DNA of 64,000 nt from Parvibaculaceae bacterium (GCA_965243245.1 OZ251536.1:161638-225637), one strand, 5' to 3'. Counted from the first letter of the stretch, positions 20,187-32,034 are shown. Translations and numbers: made by a program. The notes: generated from the sequence alone by a model not told the origin.

Positions 20187-21053
20187 ATGAAAATCGCATT
20201 TATTGGTTTGGGGGTTATGGGTGGCCCTATGGCGATGCATCTTGTGGGGGGGGGGCACGAGGTTACGGTATATAATCGCTCGCTTGAAAAAACCTCTCAA
20301 TGGTTGGAAAAATATAAGGGACGGGCAGCGGTGACACCAGCGCAGGCGGCTATTGGTAATGATCTGGTTATTTCATGCATTGGTAATGATGATGATTTGC
20401 GCCAAGTGACCCTTGGCGAGCAAGGCGCGTTTCAAAATATGTCGGCGGGAAGTGTTTTTCTTGATCACACAACGACTTCTGCGCATTGTGCTTTTGAAGT
20501 GGCAGAAATTGCCTCGCGCAAGGGGTTATATTTTCTGGATGCACCTGTATCGGGCGGCGAGGCGGGCGCACTGAATGGGACGCTAACGGTTATGCTCGGC
20601 GGCGATGATAGGGCTTATGAGCAAGCAAAACCGGCACTGGATTGCTATGCCAAGGCTCACCGATTAATGGGGCGTGTTGGGGCGGGGCAAAAAACTAAAA
20701 TGGTCAATCAAATTGCCATTGCTGGATTGCTCCAAGGGCTTTCAGAGGCGTTGAATTTCGCCCGCTGTGCAGGCTTAGATGAAATGGCTGTCATTGAGGT
20801 CATTTCAAAAGGGGCGGCACAATCATGGCAAATGGACAATCGGCACGAATCAATGATCGAGGGTGCGTTTTCATTCGGTTTTGCTGTTGATTTAATGCGC
20901 AAAGACCTCGGAATTGTTTTTGATGAAGCAAAAAGCAATGGCGCGCCATTGCCTGTTACCATGCAGGTTGATTATTTTTATAAGCAAATACAAGAGGTTG
21001 GCGGCGGTCGCTGGGATACATCGAGTTTGATTGAAGTATTAAGAAAAAAATAA
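20187..21053 (+). CDS. NAD(P)-dependent oxidoreductase, 3-hydroxyisobutyrate/6-phosphogluconate dehydrogenase family
   Basis: MKIAFIGLGVMGGPMAMHL Rossmann motif, DAPVSGG, GAGQKTKMVNQ. Confidence 0.85.
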   Translation: MKIAFIGLGVMGGPMAMHLVGGGHEVTVYNRSLEKTSQWLEKYKGRAAVTPAQAAIGNDLVISCIGNDDDLRQVTLGEQGAFQNMSAGSVFLDHTTTSAHCAFEVAEIASRKGLYFLDAPVSGGEAGALNGTLTVMLGGDDRAYEQAKPALDCYAKAHRLMGRVGAGQKTKMVNQIAIAGLLQGLSEALNFARCAGLDEMAVIEVISKGAAQSWQMDNRHESMIEGAFSFGFAVDLMRKDLGIVFDEAKSNGAPLPVTMQVDYFYKQIQEVGGGRWDTSSLIEVLRKK

Positions 21054-21302
21054 GCTTAATAGTAAAAATTGAGTTTATAGACAATTATTGTAATTAATAG
21101 AAATTATTGAAATTAACATTATTTTCAATAATTCCTTTATGTGTTCAAAATTTACCTTGAAAGTTTTTTTTTGCGTATAAGGTAAGTTATTGTGTTTGAG
21201 TTATATAAATGTGTTTTTCTTAAAAAACAGAAATTGAAAGCGGTTTTTCCTCTTTTTATTAAGCGTCTTGCAGATTACCGATTTGATAATCTGCTCAGAT
21301 AT

Positions 21303-23495
21303 ATGATGCCGGGGCTGATATTGGCTCTTGTTGCTTGTGGCGGCGGCGGGGGTGGTTCGTCCACTTCGGGTAGTGGTGGTTCTACCCAAACTTCAGGCCC
21401 AACGACGATAAATATAGAAGCTTTTGATGTCACTGAGTTCATAAGTGATCTTGATATCACGCAATTCACAAATAGTAATGAATACCAGGGACAAGTTGGT
21501 CTCGCCGTTACCAAAGCGGCAGGGGCTTATGCACGGGGCTTAAGTGGGGCGGGCGTTAGATTCGGATTTACCGATACCGGGCTTGATGGGACTCACCAAG
21601 AATTTTCTCCTGCGCGTATCTATATGAATAACCGAGACCAATTTAATGGGGTTGAGCCGCGCAATTCCCAGATTAATCATGGCACCGCAGTTGCCAGTGT
21701 TGCGGCTGGCGCGCGCGGCATAGGCTCGGCTATGCATGGCGTCGCTTTTAATGCTGATATTGGCATGTATACGTTTAAATTAACGACACGTGGAAGCCTC
21801 GTTATCAGTGATGATATTTTCAATTCTGGTTTAAAAGAGCTCTCACAGGCAGGCACAGATGTTTATAATCATAGTTGGGGAATGACCGTTCAATTAAATC
21901 CAGCAATCGCGGGCTCACAAAAAGCACTCATGCAAAGTGAATACGGCAAAAGCATCCAAACCATAGCGAATACTTCAGGGGTGCATGTTTGGTCTGCTGG
22001 TAATGAACGTGGCAATGAAGTATCTATCTCTGCGGCTTTACCGCTATATTTTGACCAGCTTCAAGGGCGCACACTTGTGGTGGTCGCCACTGATTCCAAC
22101 GGTGTTATCGACACAAATAGCAACCAATGCGGTCATGCGAAGTCTTTTTGTCTTGCCGCACCGGGGGGTAGCAATAGCGGCTCGAAGTATACGCGTAGCG
22201 CACGCGCAGGGGGTGGTTATCAAAGCGTTACAGGCACCTCCTTTGCTGCCCCCCATGTCTCGGCGGCGCTGGTCTTGATGAAAGAACTTTTTGGTACGCA
22301 AATGAGCGACATCGAAATAGTAGCACGGTTGTTACAAACGACAAATAATACAGGGATTTATGAAGATGCAGATGTTTATGGGCAGGGTTTGCTCGATATT
22401 GAGGCGGCGACCAATCCGGTTGGCCCTGCATTTGTTATTATCGCTGGTGAGGAAGTGAGTGTCGATGCGAGTGATTTCAATTTTGAACATTTAGATGAAG
22501 ACTTAATAGAACAATTGCGAAACCAAGATATCGTGGTGCATGATAGTCTTGGCACACCGTTTATTATGCCTCTATCTGTGTTTGAAACTGATGAAGCTCA
22601 AGCAAAAGAAGGCGGTGGGGATAGTCTATTTGCCTCGCCAAAAGCTGAACCAACATTGCATCTGGCATTCAAAGGCGAGGGGAAAGGTTTTTTCTCAAGC
22701 TGGAGCGCGGTTAAACCAAAACAAGTTGTGGGCTTGATAGATGCCAGTTTTGACGCTGGGCAAATTCAGCATAATTTTTTGAAAAACCCCTATTTTGAGT
22801 TGATGGAAACGAGTATAGGCGGTCAGCTTGGCGTTAATAATTTGCGCTTTACAGGCTTTGTTTCGAGCTCTGATGACCCAGAAGAGTCGCGTCAAATTAG
22901 TTTCGCAACTCAGTATACCGCTAAGCACGAAGCCTCTGTATGGGCTTTGCAGGCAGGTTTGTTGTTAGAAGAAGATAGCTGGCTCGGCAATCAAGGCTCA
23001 GGCGTTTTTACAACCCAAGGCTATGGACAAAATATATTTGTAGGTTTGGGCAATATGACCTCATTGCCCAATGGATGGGTGTCTGGTTTAGGGATTTATG
23101 CAGGCCATACCTCGCATAATGCGGCGCAATCGGATGCGGTTATGTTGGTGAATGATACGACCAGCTTGGCGTTTGAACATTCTCTTATTCGCCCCCTAAA
23201 TAGCGGTTTTATCTATACGCGGATAGCTCAACCTTTGCGCATTGAAAGGGGTGATTTATCCATGCGCTTACCCGTGCGCCGTATTCCTAATGGCGGGCAG
23301 GTTTATGAGGATGTGCAATTTGATCTCAACCCTTCTGGGCGACAAATGGAATGGAGTCTTGGATATGTTCATCAAACTATGGGCCAGCACCCTAGTCGGT
23401 TAAGCATCGAAGTTCAACTCATTGATGAATATCGCCATAACCCTCAGCATGAAATGGTGGCTAGTCTTGACGCCAATTGGCGGAAAAGATTTTGA
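21303..23495 (+). CDS. S8 (subtilisin-like) serine peptidase with a lipoprotein signal and an autotransporter-like C-terminal beta-barrel region
   Basis: Lipobox LILALVAC followed by a Gly/Ser linker. Catalytic motifs are FTDTGLD (Asp), HGTAVASVAAG (His) and GTSFAAPHVSAALVLM (Ser). The C-terminal ~300 aa show an alternating pattern and end ...NWRKRF (terminal Phe). I prefer the ATG at 21303 to the track start at 21192. Confidence 0.75.
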   Translation: MMPGLILALVACGGGGGGSSTSGSGGSTQTSGPTTINIEAFDVTEFISDLDITQFTNSNEYQGQVGLAVTKAAGAYARGLSGAGVRFGFTDTGLDGTHQEFSPARIYMNNRDQFNGVEPRNSQINHGTAVASVAAGARGIGSAMHGVAFNADIGMYTFKLTTRGSLVISDDIFNSGLKELSQAGTDVYNHSWGMTVQLNPAIAGSQKALMQSEYGKSIQTIANTSGVHVWSAGNERGNEVSISAALPLYFDQLQGRTLVVVATDSNGVIDTNSNQCGHAKSFCLAAPGGSNSGSKYTRSARAGGGYQSVTGTSFAAPHVSAALVLMKELFGTQMSDIEIVARLLQTTNNTGIYEDADVYGQGLLDIEAATNPVGPAFVIIAGEEVSVDASDFNFEHLDEDLIEQLRNQDIVVHDSLGTPFIMPLSVFETDEAQAKEGGGDSLFASPKAEPTLHLAFKGEGKGFFSSWSAVKPKQVVGLIDASFDAGQIQHNFLKNPYFELMETSIGGQLGVNNLRFTGFVSSSDDPEESRQISFATQYTAKHEASVWALQAGLLLEEDSWLGNQGSGVFTTQGYGQNIFVGLGNMTSLPNGWVSGLGIYAGHTSHNAAQSDAVMLVNDTTSLAFEHSLIRPLNSGFIYTRIAQPLRIERGDLSMRLPVRRIPNGGQVYEDVQFDLNPSGRQMEWSLGYVHQTMGQHPSRLSIEVQLIDEYRHNPQHEMVASLDANWRKRF

Positions 23496-23498
23496 ACC

Positions 23499-24494
<996 letters not shown>

Positions 24495-24579
24495 TTAAAA
24501 TTCCGTAGTAAGAATTATGTAACCGTTTTTGAAGGAAGGTGCAAATATTCCCCCTTATATCAGTGCCTAATATAAGCGT

Positions 24580-25386
24580 TTAAAAAATTTTCGGCATAAA
24601 CCGATTTGTCCGTTTCATATAATCTGAAAAGCCCGGTTTGCGCTTGCTAAGAATTTTATCCAGTAAATCTGCGCCTGAAATTTTGACCAGCAGAAAATTC
24701 ATGATGATGGGGGCAAAAATAAAATATATAGCCAAAGGCGCAATGCTACAACAAATGACCCAAACGCCCCACCAAAACATGACATCCCCAAAATAGTTTG
24801 GATGGCGCGTTCTGCTCCATAAGCCTGTATTGAGGATTTTTCCTTGATTATCTGCATTGGCGCGAAAGCGAACAAGTTGCCAATCGGCGCATGTTTCTAT
24901 TATCAGTCCGCCAAGTGCTACCACCCCACCGAGCAGAGTGCCGAGCAGAGTGCCGAGCAAGCTGAGTGGTTCGGTTGTTTCATCTGTGTAGGCTAATGCA
25001 TAGATTACAGGCAGAACAATCAGCCACATGAGGCATCCTTGAAAAAGGAAGACTTTATAAATTGATTGTAGCCAAAAAAGCGGGCGATTTTTACGCATCG
25101 CCCGATAGCGGCGGTCTTCTTTGCCTTCTTGCAACCACCGCCAGAATAAATAGCCGCTCAGGCGCAAAGCCCATGCAATGATAATCAAAAGTAAGATAAT
25201 TTGACTGCCCGACTTTATATTATCTGTAAGCCAGAAAACGCCGATGCTACTTAATCCAAAGCCAAAGCCCCAAAAGTTGTCAATAATGCTGACATCTTTC
25301 AAGGGGATAGAGACAACCCAGACAGCCCCCATCATGCAAGCAATGATGAGCGCGCTGGTTAAATAGGGTGCAGTTGCTAAATCCAT
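24580..25386 (-). CDS. DUF1295-family membrane protein (steroid 5-alpha-reductase / ICMT-like fold)
   Basis: WSRTRHPNYFGDVMFWWG motif and multiple TM helices. An internal 12-bp repeat at 24929-24964 encodes LLGTLLGTLLGG. Confidence 0.75.
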   Translation of the reverse strand: MDLATAPYLTSALIIACMMGAVWVVSIPLKDVSIIDNFWGFGFGLSSIGVFWLTDNIKSGSQIILLLIIIAWALRLSGYLFWRWLQEGKEDRRYRAMRKNRPLFWLQSIYKVFLFQGCLMWLIVLPVIYALAYTDETTEPLSLLGTLLGTLLGGVVALGGLIIETCADWQLVRFRANADNQGKILNTGLWSRTRHPNYFGDVMFWWGVWVICCSIAPLAIYFIFAPIIMNFLLVKISGADLLDKILSKRKPGFSDYMKRTNRFMPKIF

Positions 25387-25589
25387 GAAACCCAATATAG
25401 TGCAAATAAATTAAGCTGTGTGAATAATCTTGTTTTTTCACTGGTAATTTTTATATTTATAGTGCAATAGATTTCAAATAATTACTATATATGGTATTTT
25501 CCAAAGCCCCATAACCCGCTATATTTCGGGGCACCCGATTTTGGGCGCGAGATTTTGAACATGAGATTTTAGGCATGAAAGGTCAGTAA

Positions 25590-26897
25590 ATGTCTGCAAC
25601 AGAGAAAACAGCTTTAGACACTGAAAGTAATAACTTTTTTCATCAGCCCCTTAGTGAAAGAGACGCTGATATTGCGGCGGCAATTGCTTTGGAGCTTTCA
25701 CGACAGCAGAATCAAATTGAATTGATTGCTTCGGAGAATATTGTTTCCAAAGCTGTTTTGGAAGCACAAGGGTCGATTATGACAAATAAATATGCTGAGG
25801 GGTATTCGGGGCGGCGTTATTATGGCGGCTGTGAATTTGTTGATATTGCTGAAAACCTTGCGCTTGAACGGGTTAAGAAACTCTATAATTGCACTTATGC
25901 GAATGTCCAGCCTCATTCTGGTTCGCAAGCCAATCAAGCGGTTATGCAGGCTTTATTGCAACCCGGTGATACTATTTTGGGCATGAGTCTTGCCGCCGGT
26001 GGTCATCTGACACATGGGGCGGCACCAAATCAGTCTGGTAAATGGTTTAACGCCGTGCAATATGGCGTGCGCCGCGATGATCATCTGATTGACTTTGAGG
26101 AAGTCGAAACATTAGCAAAAGAACATAAGCCAAAATTGATTATTGCGGGGGGCTCGGCTTATCCGCGTATTATTGACTTTAAAAAATTCCGTGAAATAGC
26201 CGACCTAATTGGAGCTTATCTGTTGGTTGATATGGCGCATATTGCTGGTCTGGTTGCGGCCGGAGCGCATCCGAGCCCGTTGCCATATGCAGATGCGATA
26301 ACAACCACAACACATAAAACGCTACGGGGTCCACGCGGTGGATTGATTTTGTCCAATGATGAGGCCCTTGGCAAAAAGTTTAACTCAGCTATTTTTCCGG
26401 GTATTCAAGGCGGGCCGCTCATGCATGTTATTGCGGCCAAGGCGGTGGCTTTTGGGGAAGCCTTGAGACCTGATTTTAAATCATATATTCAGCAAGTTGT
26501 TAAGAATGCTAAGGCCCTGGCGCAAAGCCTCAAAGGGCATGGGTTTGATATTGTTTCGGGGGGGACGGAAAATCACCTCGTGCTGGTTGATTTGCGCCCT
26601 AAGGGGGTCACCGGAAAAATGGCTGAAGAGGCTATGGAGCGTGCGTTTATTACTTGTAATAAAAATGCTATTCCGTTTGATCCTGAAAAACCAATGATTA
26701 CATCGGGTGTGCGGCTTGGCACGCCTGCGGCGACGTCACGCGGGTTTGGGGTGGTCGAGTTTCAGCAAGTAGGCGATTTAATCGCCGAGGCTCTGGAGGG
26801 CGTGGCTCATAATGCAAGCCGTCAAACGTCAGAAATCGAAGCCACTATACGCGATAAGGTTATCGCTTTGTGCCAACGGTTTCCGATTTATAATTGA
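25590..26897 (+). CDS. glyA: Serine hydroxymethyltransferase
   Basis: [47 protein letters not shown]. Confidence 0.95.
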   Translation: MSATEKTALDTESNNFFHQPLSERDADIAAAIALELSRQQNQIELIASENIVSKAVLEAQGSIMTNKYAEGYSGRRYYGGCEFVDIAENLALERVKKLYNCTYANVQPHSGSQANQAVMQALLQPGDTILGMSLAAGGHLTHGAAPNQSGKWFNAVQYGVRRDDHLIDFEEVETLAKEHKPKLIIAGGSAYPRIIDFKKFREIADLIGAYLLVDMAHIAGLVAAGAHPSPLPYADAITTTTHKTLRGPRGGLILSNDEALGKKFNSAIFPGIQGGPLMHVIAAKAVAFGEALRPDFKSYIQQVVKNAKALAQSLKGHGFDIVSGGTENHLVLVDLRPKGVTGKMAEEAMERAFITCNKNAIPFDPEKPMITSGVRLGTPAATSRGFGVVEFQQVGDLIAEALEGVAHNASRQTSEIEATIRDKVIALCQRFPIYN

Positions 26898-26910
26898 GGC
26901 GGATTTTATC

Positions 26911-27378
26911 ATGCGATGCCCATATTGTAGTAACAACGACACACAGGTCAAAGACAGCCGTCCGACAGAAGATAATTCGGTTATTCGGCGGCGGCGTCAC
27001 TGCACTGATTGCGGGGGGCGGTTTACAACATTTGAACGTATTCAATTGCGTGAACTGATTATTGTTAAAAACTCAGGACGCAAAGTGCCATTTGACCGCG
27101 ATAAGCTTATGCGTTCTGTGCAAATTGCTCTGCGCAAACGCCCCGTTGAACACGAACGTATTGAGCGTATGGTGAGTGGCATTGTGAGGCGCATGGAAAA
27201 TTTTGGTGAAGCTGAGATTCCAGCAAAAATGCTCGGCGAGATGGTCATGGAAGGGCTTTTTACACTTGATCAGGTTGGTTATGTGCGTTTTGCTTCGGTT
27301 TACAGAGATTTCCGTGAGGCAAAGGATTTCGAGAACTTCCTTGTTGAAATGCCCGAAAAACAAAAATTTGATAATTAG
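26911..27378 (+). CDS. nrdR: Transcriptional repressor NrdR
   Basis: [17 protein letters not shown]...[17 protein letters not shown] zinc ribbon plus an ATP-cone. The track ORF start at 26812 overlaps glyA; the ATG at 26911 gives 155 aa. Confidence 0.93.
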   Translation: MRCPYCSNNDTQVKDSRPTEDNSVIRRRRHCTDCGGRFTTFERIQLRELIIVKNSGRKVPFDRDKLMRSVQIALRKRPVEHERIERMVSGIVRRMENFGEAEIPAKMLGEMVMEGLFTLDQVGYVRFASVYRDFREAKDFENFLVEMPEKQKFDN

Positions 27379-27411
27379 ATTCTGGGCTTAATAAGCTTGG
27401 GCGGCAAGTAA

Positions 27412-28452
27412 GTGAAAAACCACGAAGATATAATTTATATGAATCGCGCTTTAAGGCTTGCCCGTAAGGGGCTAGGGCAAGTGGCACCTAATCCGTCTGT
27501 TGGATGTCTTATTGTGCGCGATGGCTGTGTTATCGCACAAGGGCGCACGCAAATAGGCGGCCGCCCTCACGCCGAGACGAGGGCCATTCAAATGGCACTG
27601 GCGGAACAATCTAGCAAATATTCTGACTTATCCGGCGCCGTCGCTTATGTGACCCTTGAGCCATGTGCGCATCAAGGCAAGACGCCGCCTTGTACGCGAG
27701 CACTCATAGAAAGCGGCATTTCGCGGGTTGTTATTGCGATGATTGACCCGGATGAACGGGTGAACGGGCGCGCCATTATGAGACTTAAAAAAGCCGGAAT
27801 CCATGTGACAACAGGGGTTTGCGAAAATGAAGCGGCGAGCTTAAATGCTGGTTTTATTTTGAAGGTCACGCAGCGGCGTCCCTTGGTGACGCTTAAAATA
27901 GCGATTAGCCGCAATGGTATGATGCGCAAAGCTAGAGGCACGAATTTGGCTATTACATCTGAGCAAGCGCAACGGTGGGTGCATTTAATGCGCGCAGAGC
28001 ATGACGCCATTTTGATAGGTGCGGGTACATTTAAGCATGATAAGCCATTATTGACCTGTAGATTGGCGGGCATGGCGGCTTATAGCCCAAAACGCTATAT
28101 TGCTTCGACAAAAAGCTTGACGCTGAGCGATTTGACGGGGTGGGAGGTGTTGCCTCATGCTTTGCCGCAAAAAATATTAGAACAGCTTGCCGATGACGGC
28201 ATTACGCGGTTAATGCTTGAAGGGGGGCCGAGGCTTGCTAAGGCATTTTTAGAGGCTGGTTTGGTGGATAGATTGGTTGTTTTCCAAGCTCCATTTGACT
28301 TGCCGACTAATATTGACGCGCTTGATCTGCCGACGCAAAGCGATTTGCAGTTTATGGGCATTGAAAATTTAAGCCAATCAGTCAAATTCATACATATATC
28401 CCAACAAGACTGTGCGCCAGATATGATGCACGTCTATGAGGCAAGAGATTAG
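27412..28452 (+). CDS. ribD: Bifunctional riboflavin biosynthesis protein RibD (pyrimidine deaminase / uracil reductase)
   Basis: Deaminase zinc motifs (HAET..., TLEPCAHQGKTPPC) and a reductase C-terminal half. Confidence 0.9.
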   Translation: MKNHEDIIYMNRALRLARKGLGQVAPNPSVGCLIVRDGCVIAQGRTQIGGRPHAETRAIQMALAEQSSKYSDLSGAVAYVTLEPCAHQGKTPPCTRALIESGISRVVIAMIDPDERVNGRAIMRLKKAGIHVTTGVCENEAASLNAGFILKVTQRRPLVTLKIAISRNGMMRKARGTNLAITSEQAQRWVHLMRAEHDAILIGAGTFKHDKPLLTCRLAGMAAYSPKRYIASTKSLTLSDLTGWEVLPHALPQKILEQLADDGITRLMLEGGPRLAKAFLEAGLVDRLVVFQAPFDLPTNIDALDLPTQSDLQFMGIENLSQSVKFIHISQQDCAPDMMHVYEARD

Positions 28453-28453
28453 T

Positions 28454-29062
28454 ATGTTTACTGGAATTATCACGGACATTGGAACCATTCGCGCATTAGA
28501 GCTGCGCGGGGATACTTATTATCAGGTTTCGACGCGCTATGAGGTTGACGATATTCAAATTGGTGCATCGATTGCTCATTCGGGCGTTTGTCTTACAGTG
28601 CTGGATAAGGGACGTGATGATAAGGGCAATTGGTTTGGGGTTGAGGCATCCAAAGAGACGCGCAATGTGACAATGGCGGGTGAGTGGCGGCTTGGCACTC
28701 AGCTTAATTTGGAACGCTCTTTGAAAATGGGCGATGAGCTTGGCGGCCATATTGTAAGTGGCCATGTGGATGGCATAGCCATAGTCAAAGCGATACGCGC
28801 ACAAGGCAATAGCAAAATATTTAGCTTAGAAGTGGCGGCTGAATTATCTTGTTTTATTGCCGCCAAAGGTTCAGTAACGCTTAATGGAACGTCCTTGACT
28901 GTAAATGAAGTTGATGGCAATTGCTTTGAGGTCAATTTAATTGCCCATACACAAGCTGTCACGACATGGGGTGTCACTCAGGCGGGTGATAAAATTAATC
29001 TCGAGATTGATGTGCTGGCACGCTATGTTGCGCGCCTAGCGCAAACGCTGACTAAGGTTTGA
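28454..29062 (+). CDS. ribE: Riboflavin synthase (alpha chain)
   Basis: MFTGIITDIG..., GDSIAHSGVCLTV-like and GTSLTVNEV repeated lumazine-binding halves. Confidence 0.9.
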   Translation: MFTGIITDIGTIRALELRGDTYYQVSTRYEVDDIQIGASIAHSGVCLTVLDKGRDDKGNWFGVEASKETRNVTMAGEWRLGTQLNLERSLKMGDELGGHIVSGHVDGIAIVKAIRAQGNSKIFSLEVAAELSCFIAAKGSVTLNGTSLTVNEVDGNCFEVNLIAHTQAVTTWGVTQAGDKINLEIDVLARYVARLAQTLTKV

Positions 29063-29074
29063 GGCAATTAAATA

Positions 29075-30199
29075 ATGACTGAATATAAACAATTTATTTC
29101 TCCGATTGAGGATATTATTGAAGATGTTAGGAATGGCAAAATAATTGTTCTTGTGGACGCTGAAGACCGTGAGAATGAAGGTGATTTGATTATTCCGGCG
29201 CAAATGGCGACCCCTGAGGGGATTAATTTTATGGCGAAATATGGGCGCGGCTTGATCTGTCTTGCGCTGAATGAGGCGCGGGCAAAAGATCTTGAACTTG
29301 AGTTTATGTCTTCTAAAAACCGCTCGCGCCATCAAACAGCTTTCACTATCTCGATTGAAGCACGTGAGGGAATCTCAACAGGCATTTCTGCACATGATAG
29401 AGCGCATACTATTTCTGTTGCTATTGACCCGACCAAAAACGTAACCGATATTGTCTCGCCGGGGCATGTGTTTCCCTTAGTGGCGCGTGAGGGGGGAACA
29501 CTCGTGCGCGCAGGGCACACCGAAGCGGCGGTTGATCTTTCACGCTTGGCAGGGCTCTATCCAGCTGGGGTGATTTGCGAGATCATGAATGATGATGGCA
29601 CGATGGCACGGCTTCCAGATCTTGTGAAATTTGCCCAGTTACACGGTCTCAAGCTTGGGACAATTGCCGATTTAATTGCTTATCGGCGCAAAAATGATGA
29701 GCTGGTTGAACGTATTCAAGAAACTGACCTTAATCTGATTTATGGCGGTGATTTCAAAAGCATTGTTTTCAAAAATAAAGTTGAAAATGAAGAACATATT
29801 GCGTTTATCAAAGGTGATATTTCAGGGGATGAACCCGTTCTTGTGCGTATGCATGCCGAAAATATCCTATTGGACTTGTTCCAAAATAATGTTCCCAAAG
29901 CGCAAACTTTAAGCAAGTCGTTAAAAATCATCGGTGAAGAGGGACGCGGCGTGCTGGTGCTGATACGCAATACCTCGCCGACACCTTTTAGCGACCAGAT
30001 GCTGCCAAAAGAAAAGGGCGGCAAATCAGTAGAGCTTCGTGAGTATGGTGTCGGTGCACAGATTATTTCCAATTTAGGATTGAAAAAAATAGAGCTTCTC
30101 TCAAACACCCCTCGAACGATTGTTGCGCTTGAGGGATATGGTATAGAAGTGACAGGACAGCGTCCGATTTTCACTAATAAAAAACCACAAAAATCATGA
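29075..30199 (+). CDS. ribBA: 3,4-dihydroxy-2-butanone-4-phosphate synthase fused to a GTP cyclohydrolase II-like domain
   Basis: DRENEGDLIIPAQ, RGLICLAL and AGHTEAAVDL identify the DHBP synthase half. The C-terminal half is GCH-II-like, and I did not check whether its catalytic residues are intact. Confidence 0.88.
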   Translation: MTEYKQFISPIEDIIEDVRNGKIIVLVDAEDRENEGDLIIPAQMATPEGINFMAKYGRGLICLALNEARAKDLELEFMSSKNRSRHQTAFTISIEAREGISTGISAHDRAHTISVAIDPTKNVTDIVSPGHVFPLVAREGGTLVRAGHTEAAVDLSRLAGLYPAGVICEIMNDDGTMARLPDLVKFAQLHGLKLGTIADLIAYRRKNDELVERIQETDLNLIYGGDFKSIVFKNKVENEEHIAFIKGDISGDEPVLVRMHAENILLDLFQNNVPKAQTLSKSLKIIGEEGRGVLVLIRNTSPTPFSDQMLPKEKGGKSVELREYGVGAQIISNLGLKKIELLSNTPRTIVALEGYGIEVTGQRPIFTNKKPQKS

Positions 30200-30636
30200 G
30201 TAAAAAAATTCTGCTCATTAAAGCTTCCCTTTACAAAGATTTGACGCAAGCTCTGGCTGAGGGAGCTATAAAAGTGCTTGAAGAGGCAAATTATTCATAT
30301 GAATGTATTGATGTGTCGGGCGTTTTGGAAATCCCGCCCGCGATTCATTACGCCGCCAAGAGTCAGCATGACTATGATGGATATGTGGCGCTGGGTGTCG
30401 TGATTCGCGGTGAAACCACACATTATGATACGGTTTGTAATGAAAGTGCCCGCGCTCTTATGGATCTTGGCGTGCAATATGGCTTGCCAATTGGCAATGG
30501 TATTCAGACTGTCGAAAATGAAAAACAAGCATGGGAAAGATGCGATAAAGCGAAAAAAAATAAAGGCGGCGGCGCGGCAACGGCTTGTTTACGGTTAATT
30601 GATGTGCGTGAGCAAATGTCTGGAATAAGCTCATGA
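30196..30636 (+). CDS. ribH: 6,7-dimethyl-8-ribityllumazine synthase
   Basis: GVLEIPPA...ALGVVIRGETTHYD...GNGI. Confidence 0.9.
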   Translation: MSKKILLIKASLYKDLTQALAEGAIKVLEEANYSYECIDVSGVLEIPPAIHYAAKSQHDYDGYVALGVVIRGETTHYDTVCNESARALMDLGVQYGLPIGNGIQTVENEKQAWERCDKAKKNKGGGAATACLRLIDVREQMSGISS

Positions 30637-31103
30637 CGCAAAACAATAAGGGGCACCATGATGCGCGTTCTGCCTCACGGCTCTTTGCGGTGCAGGCACT
30701 TTATCAAATGGACATTGCCAGTTCTGCGCTTGAAGAAACGATTAGTGAATATCTTAATCACAGGCTTGGTTTGCCGCTAGAAGACATGGAATTACCTGCA
30801 GCGGATGCAAGTCACTTTGAGAGCATTTTACGCGGGGTTGTCGAACACCAGCGTTTGATTGACCAGCGCGTGAATGATATATTACGCAAAGGGTGGAAAT
30901 TATCCCGACTGGACAGCATTTTGCGTGCTTTAATGCGCGCCGGCGCGTATGAAATATTATGCCGTGATGATGTGCCGCCCAATGTTGTGGCATCTGAATA
31001 TACGGATATGGCGCATGCTTTTTTTGATGGTTCTGAAGCGGGTATGGCAAATGCGTTGCTTAACAGATTAATAGAGGAAAAAGCTCAAAATTCAGTTTTA
31101 TGA
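30633..31103 (+). CDS. nusB: Transcription antitermination factor NusB
   Basis: ARSASRLFAVQALYQMD. Conserved position after ribH. Confidence 0.9.
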   Translation: MTQNNKGHHDARSASRLFAVQALYQMDIASSALEETISEYLNHRLGLPLEDMELPAADASHFESILRGVVEHQRLIDQRVNDILRKGWKLSRLDSILRALMRAGAYEILCRDDVPPNVVASEYTDMAHAFFDGSEAGMANALLNRLIEEKAQNSVL

Positions 31104-31113
31104 AGTGGTTAAT

Positions 31114-32034
31114 ATGAAGGAATTTGATTTTATTGCAAAATATTTTGCGCCTCTGTCAGATTCTTTAAGTGGTTTAAACTTAAAAGATGATGCCGCTTGT
31201 TTAACGCCGCCAACTGGTAAAGACCTTATCATTACGACAGATACGCTGGTTGAGGGGGTTCATTATTTAGCGGGTACAAGCCCTGCCGATGTGGCGATAA
31301 AGCTGGTTGGGGTGAATTTGTCTGACCTTGCGGCTAAGGGAGCAAAACCGCTTGGTTGTTTTTTGAATTTCACCCCTGTGACGCCAGATGAAAACTGGGT
31401 TGCGGCTTTTGCTCAGGCGTTTGGAGAACAGCTCAAGCATTATGATTTTTTACTCATGGGAGGAGATAGTGCTGTGCATCCGAGCCAAGCTGTTTTTTCT
31501 TTGACTGTTTTTGGTGTGGTGAAGCGGGGGGGCATGGTCAAACGAGCGGGCGCAAAAGCAGGCGACATTATTTATGTAAGCGGGTGCATCGGGGCTGGCG
31601 GGTTGGGACTCCAAGATGCAAAAGATCGAAAAGACACCGCTTTTTCTCGCCATTACCTGCGCCCGCAACCGCTTTTGGCATTAGGTCAAGCACTGGCGCC
31701 TCATATTTCGGCCGCCATTGATATGTCGGATGGTTTGCTGGCTGATTTAGGGCATATTTGCAAAGCCTCAGATTGTGCCGCCGACATCAGGCTACAAGAT
31801 ATACCGCTTGCAAAGCCTCAATATGAGCGTATGTTTCAGCTGAGTTGCGGCGATGATTATCAATTGATTTTTACAACAGCACAGAAAAACCAAACCATAA
31901 TTGAAAAAATTGCCCATCAGCAAGGTGTTTTGCTGACCCCGATAGGGCAAATAAGCAAAAATAAAAAAAATGGCCTCTATGATGAGACAGGTAAAAAAAT
32001 TGAGCTTACGCGTTCAGGCTGGACGCATTACTGA
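31114..32034 (+). CDS. thiL: Thiamine-monophosphate kinase
   Basis: EFDFIAKYFAPL...DDAA...TTDTLVEGVHY...NLSDLAAKGA. Confidence 0.85.
   Translation: MKEFDFIAKYFAPLSDSLSGLNLKDDAACLTPPTGKDLIITTDTLVEGVHYLAGTSPADVAIKLVGVNLSDLAAKGAKPLGCFLNFTPVTPDENWVAAFAQAFGEQLKHYDFLLMGGDSAVHPSQAVFSLTVFGVVKRGGMVKRAGAKAGDIIYVSGCIGAGGLGLQDAKDRKDTAFSRHYLRPQPLLALGQALAPHISAAIDMSDGLLADLGHICKASDCAADIRLQDIPLAKPQYERMFQLSCGDDYQLIFTTAQKNQTIIEKIAHQQGVLLTPIGQISKNKKNGLYDETGKKIELTRSGWTHY

Noticed and set aside
25396-25589. Riboswitch or leader upstream of glyA; likewise upstream of metC (61611-61700) and of the rib operon
   Set aside because: I could not recognise ZTP, SAM-II/SAM-V, FMN or glycine riboswitch core motifs by eye in these leaders. 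A covariance-model scan (Infernal/Rfam) would be needed, so no call is made.
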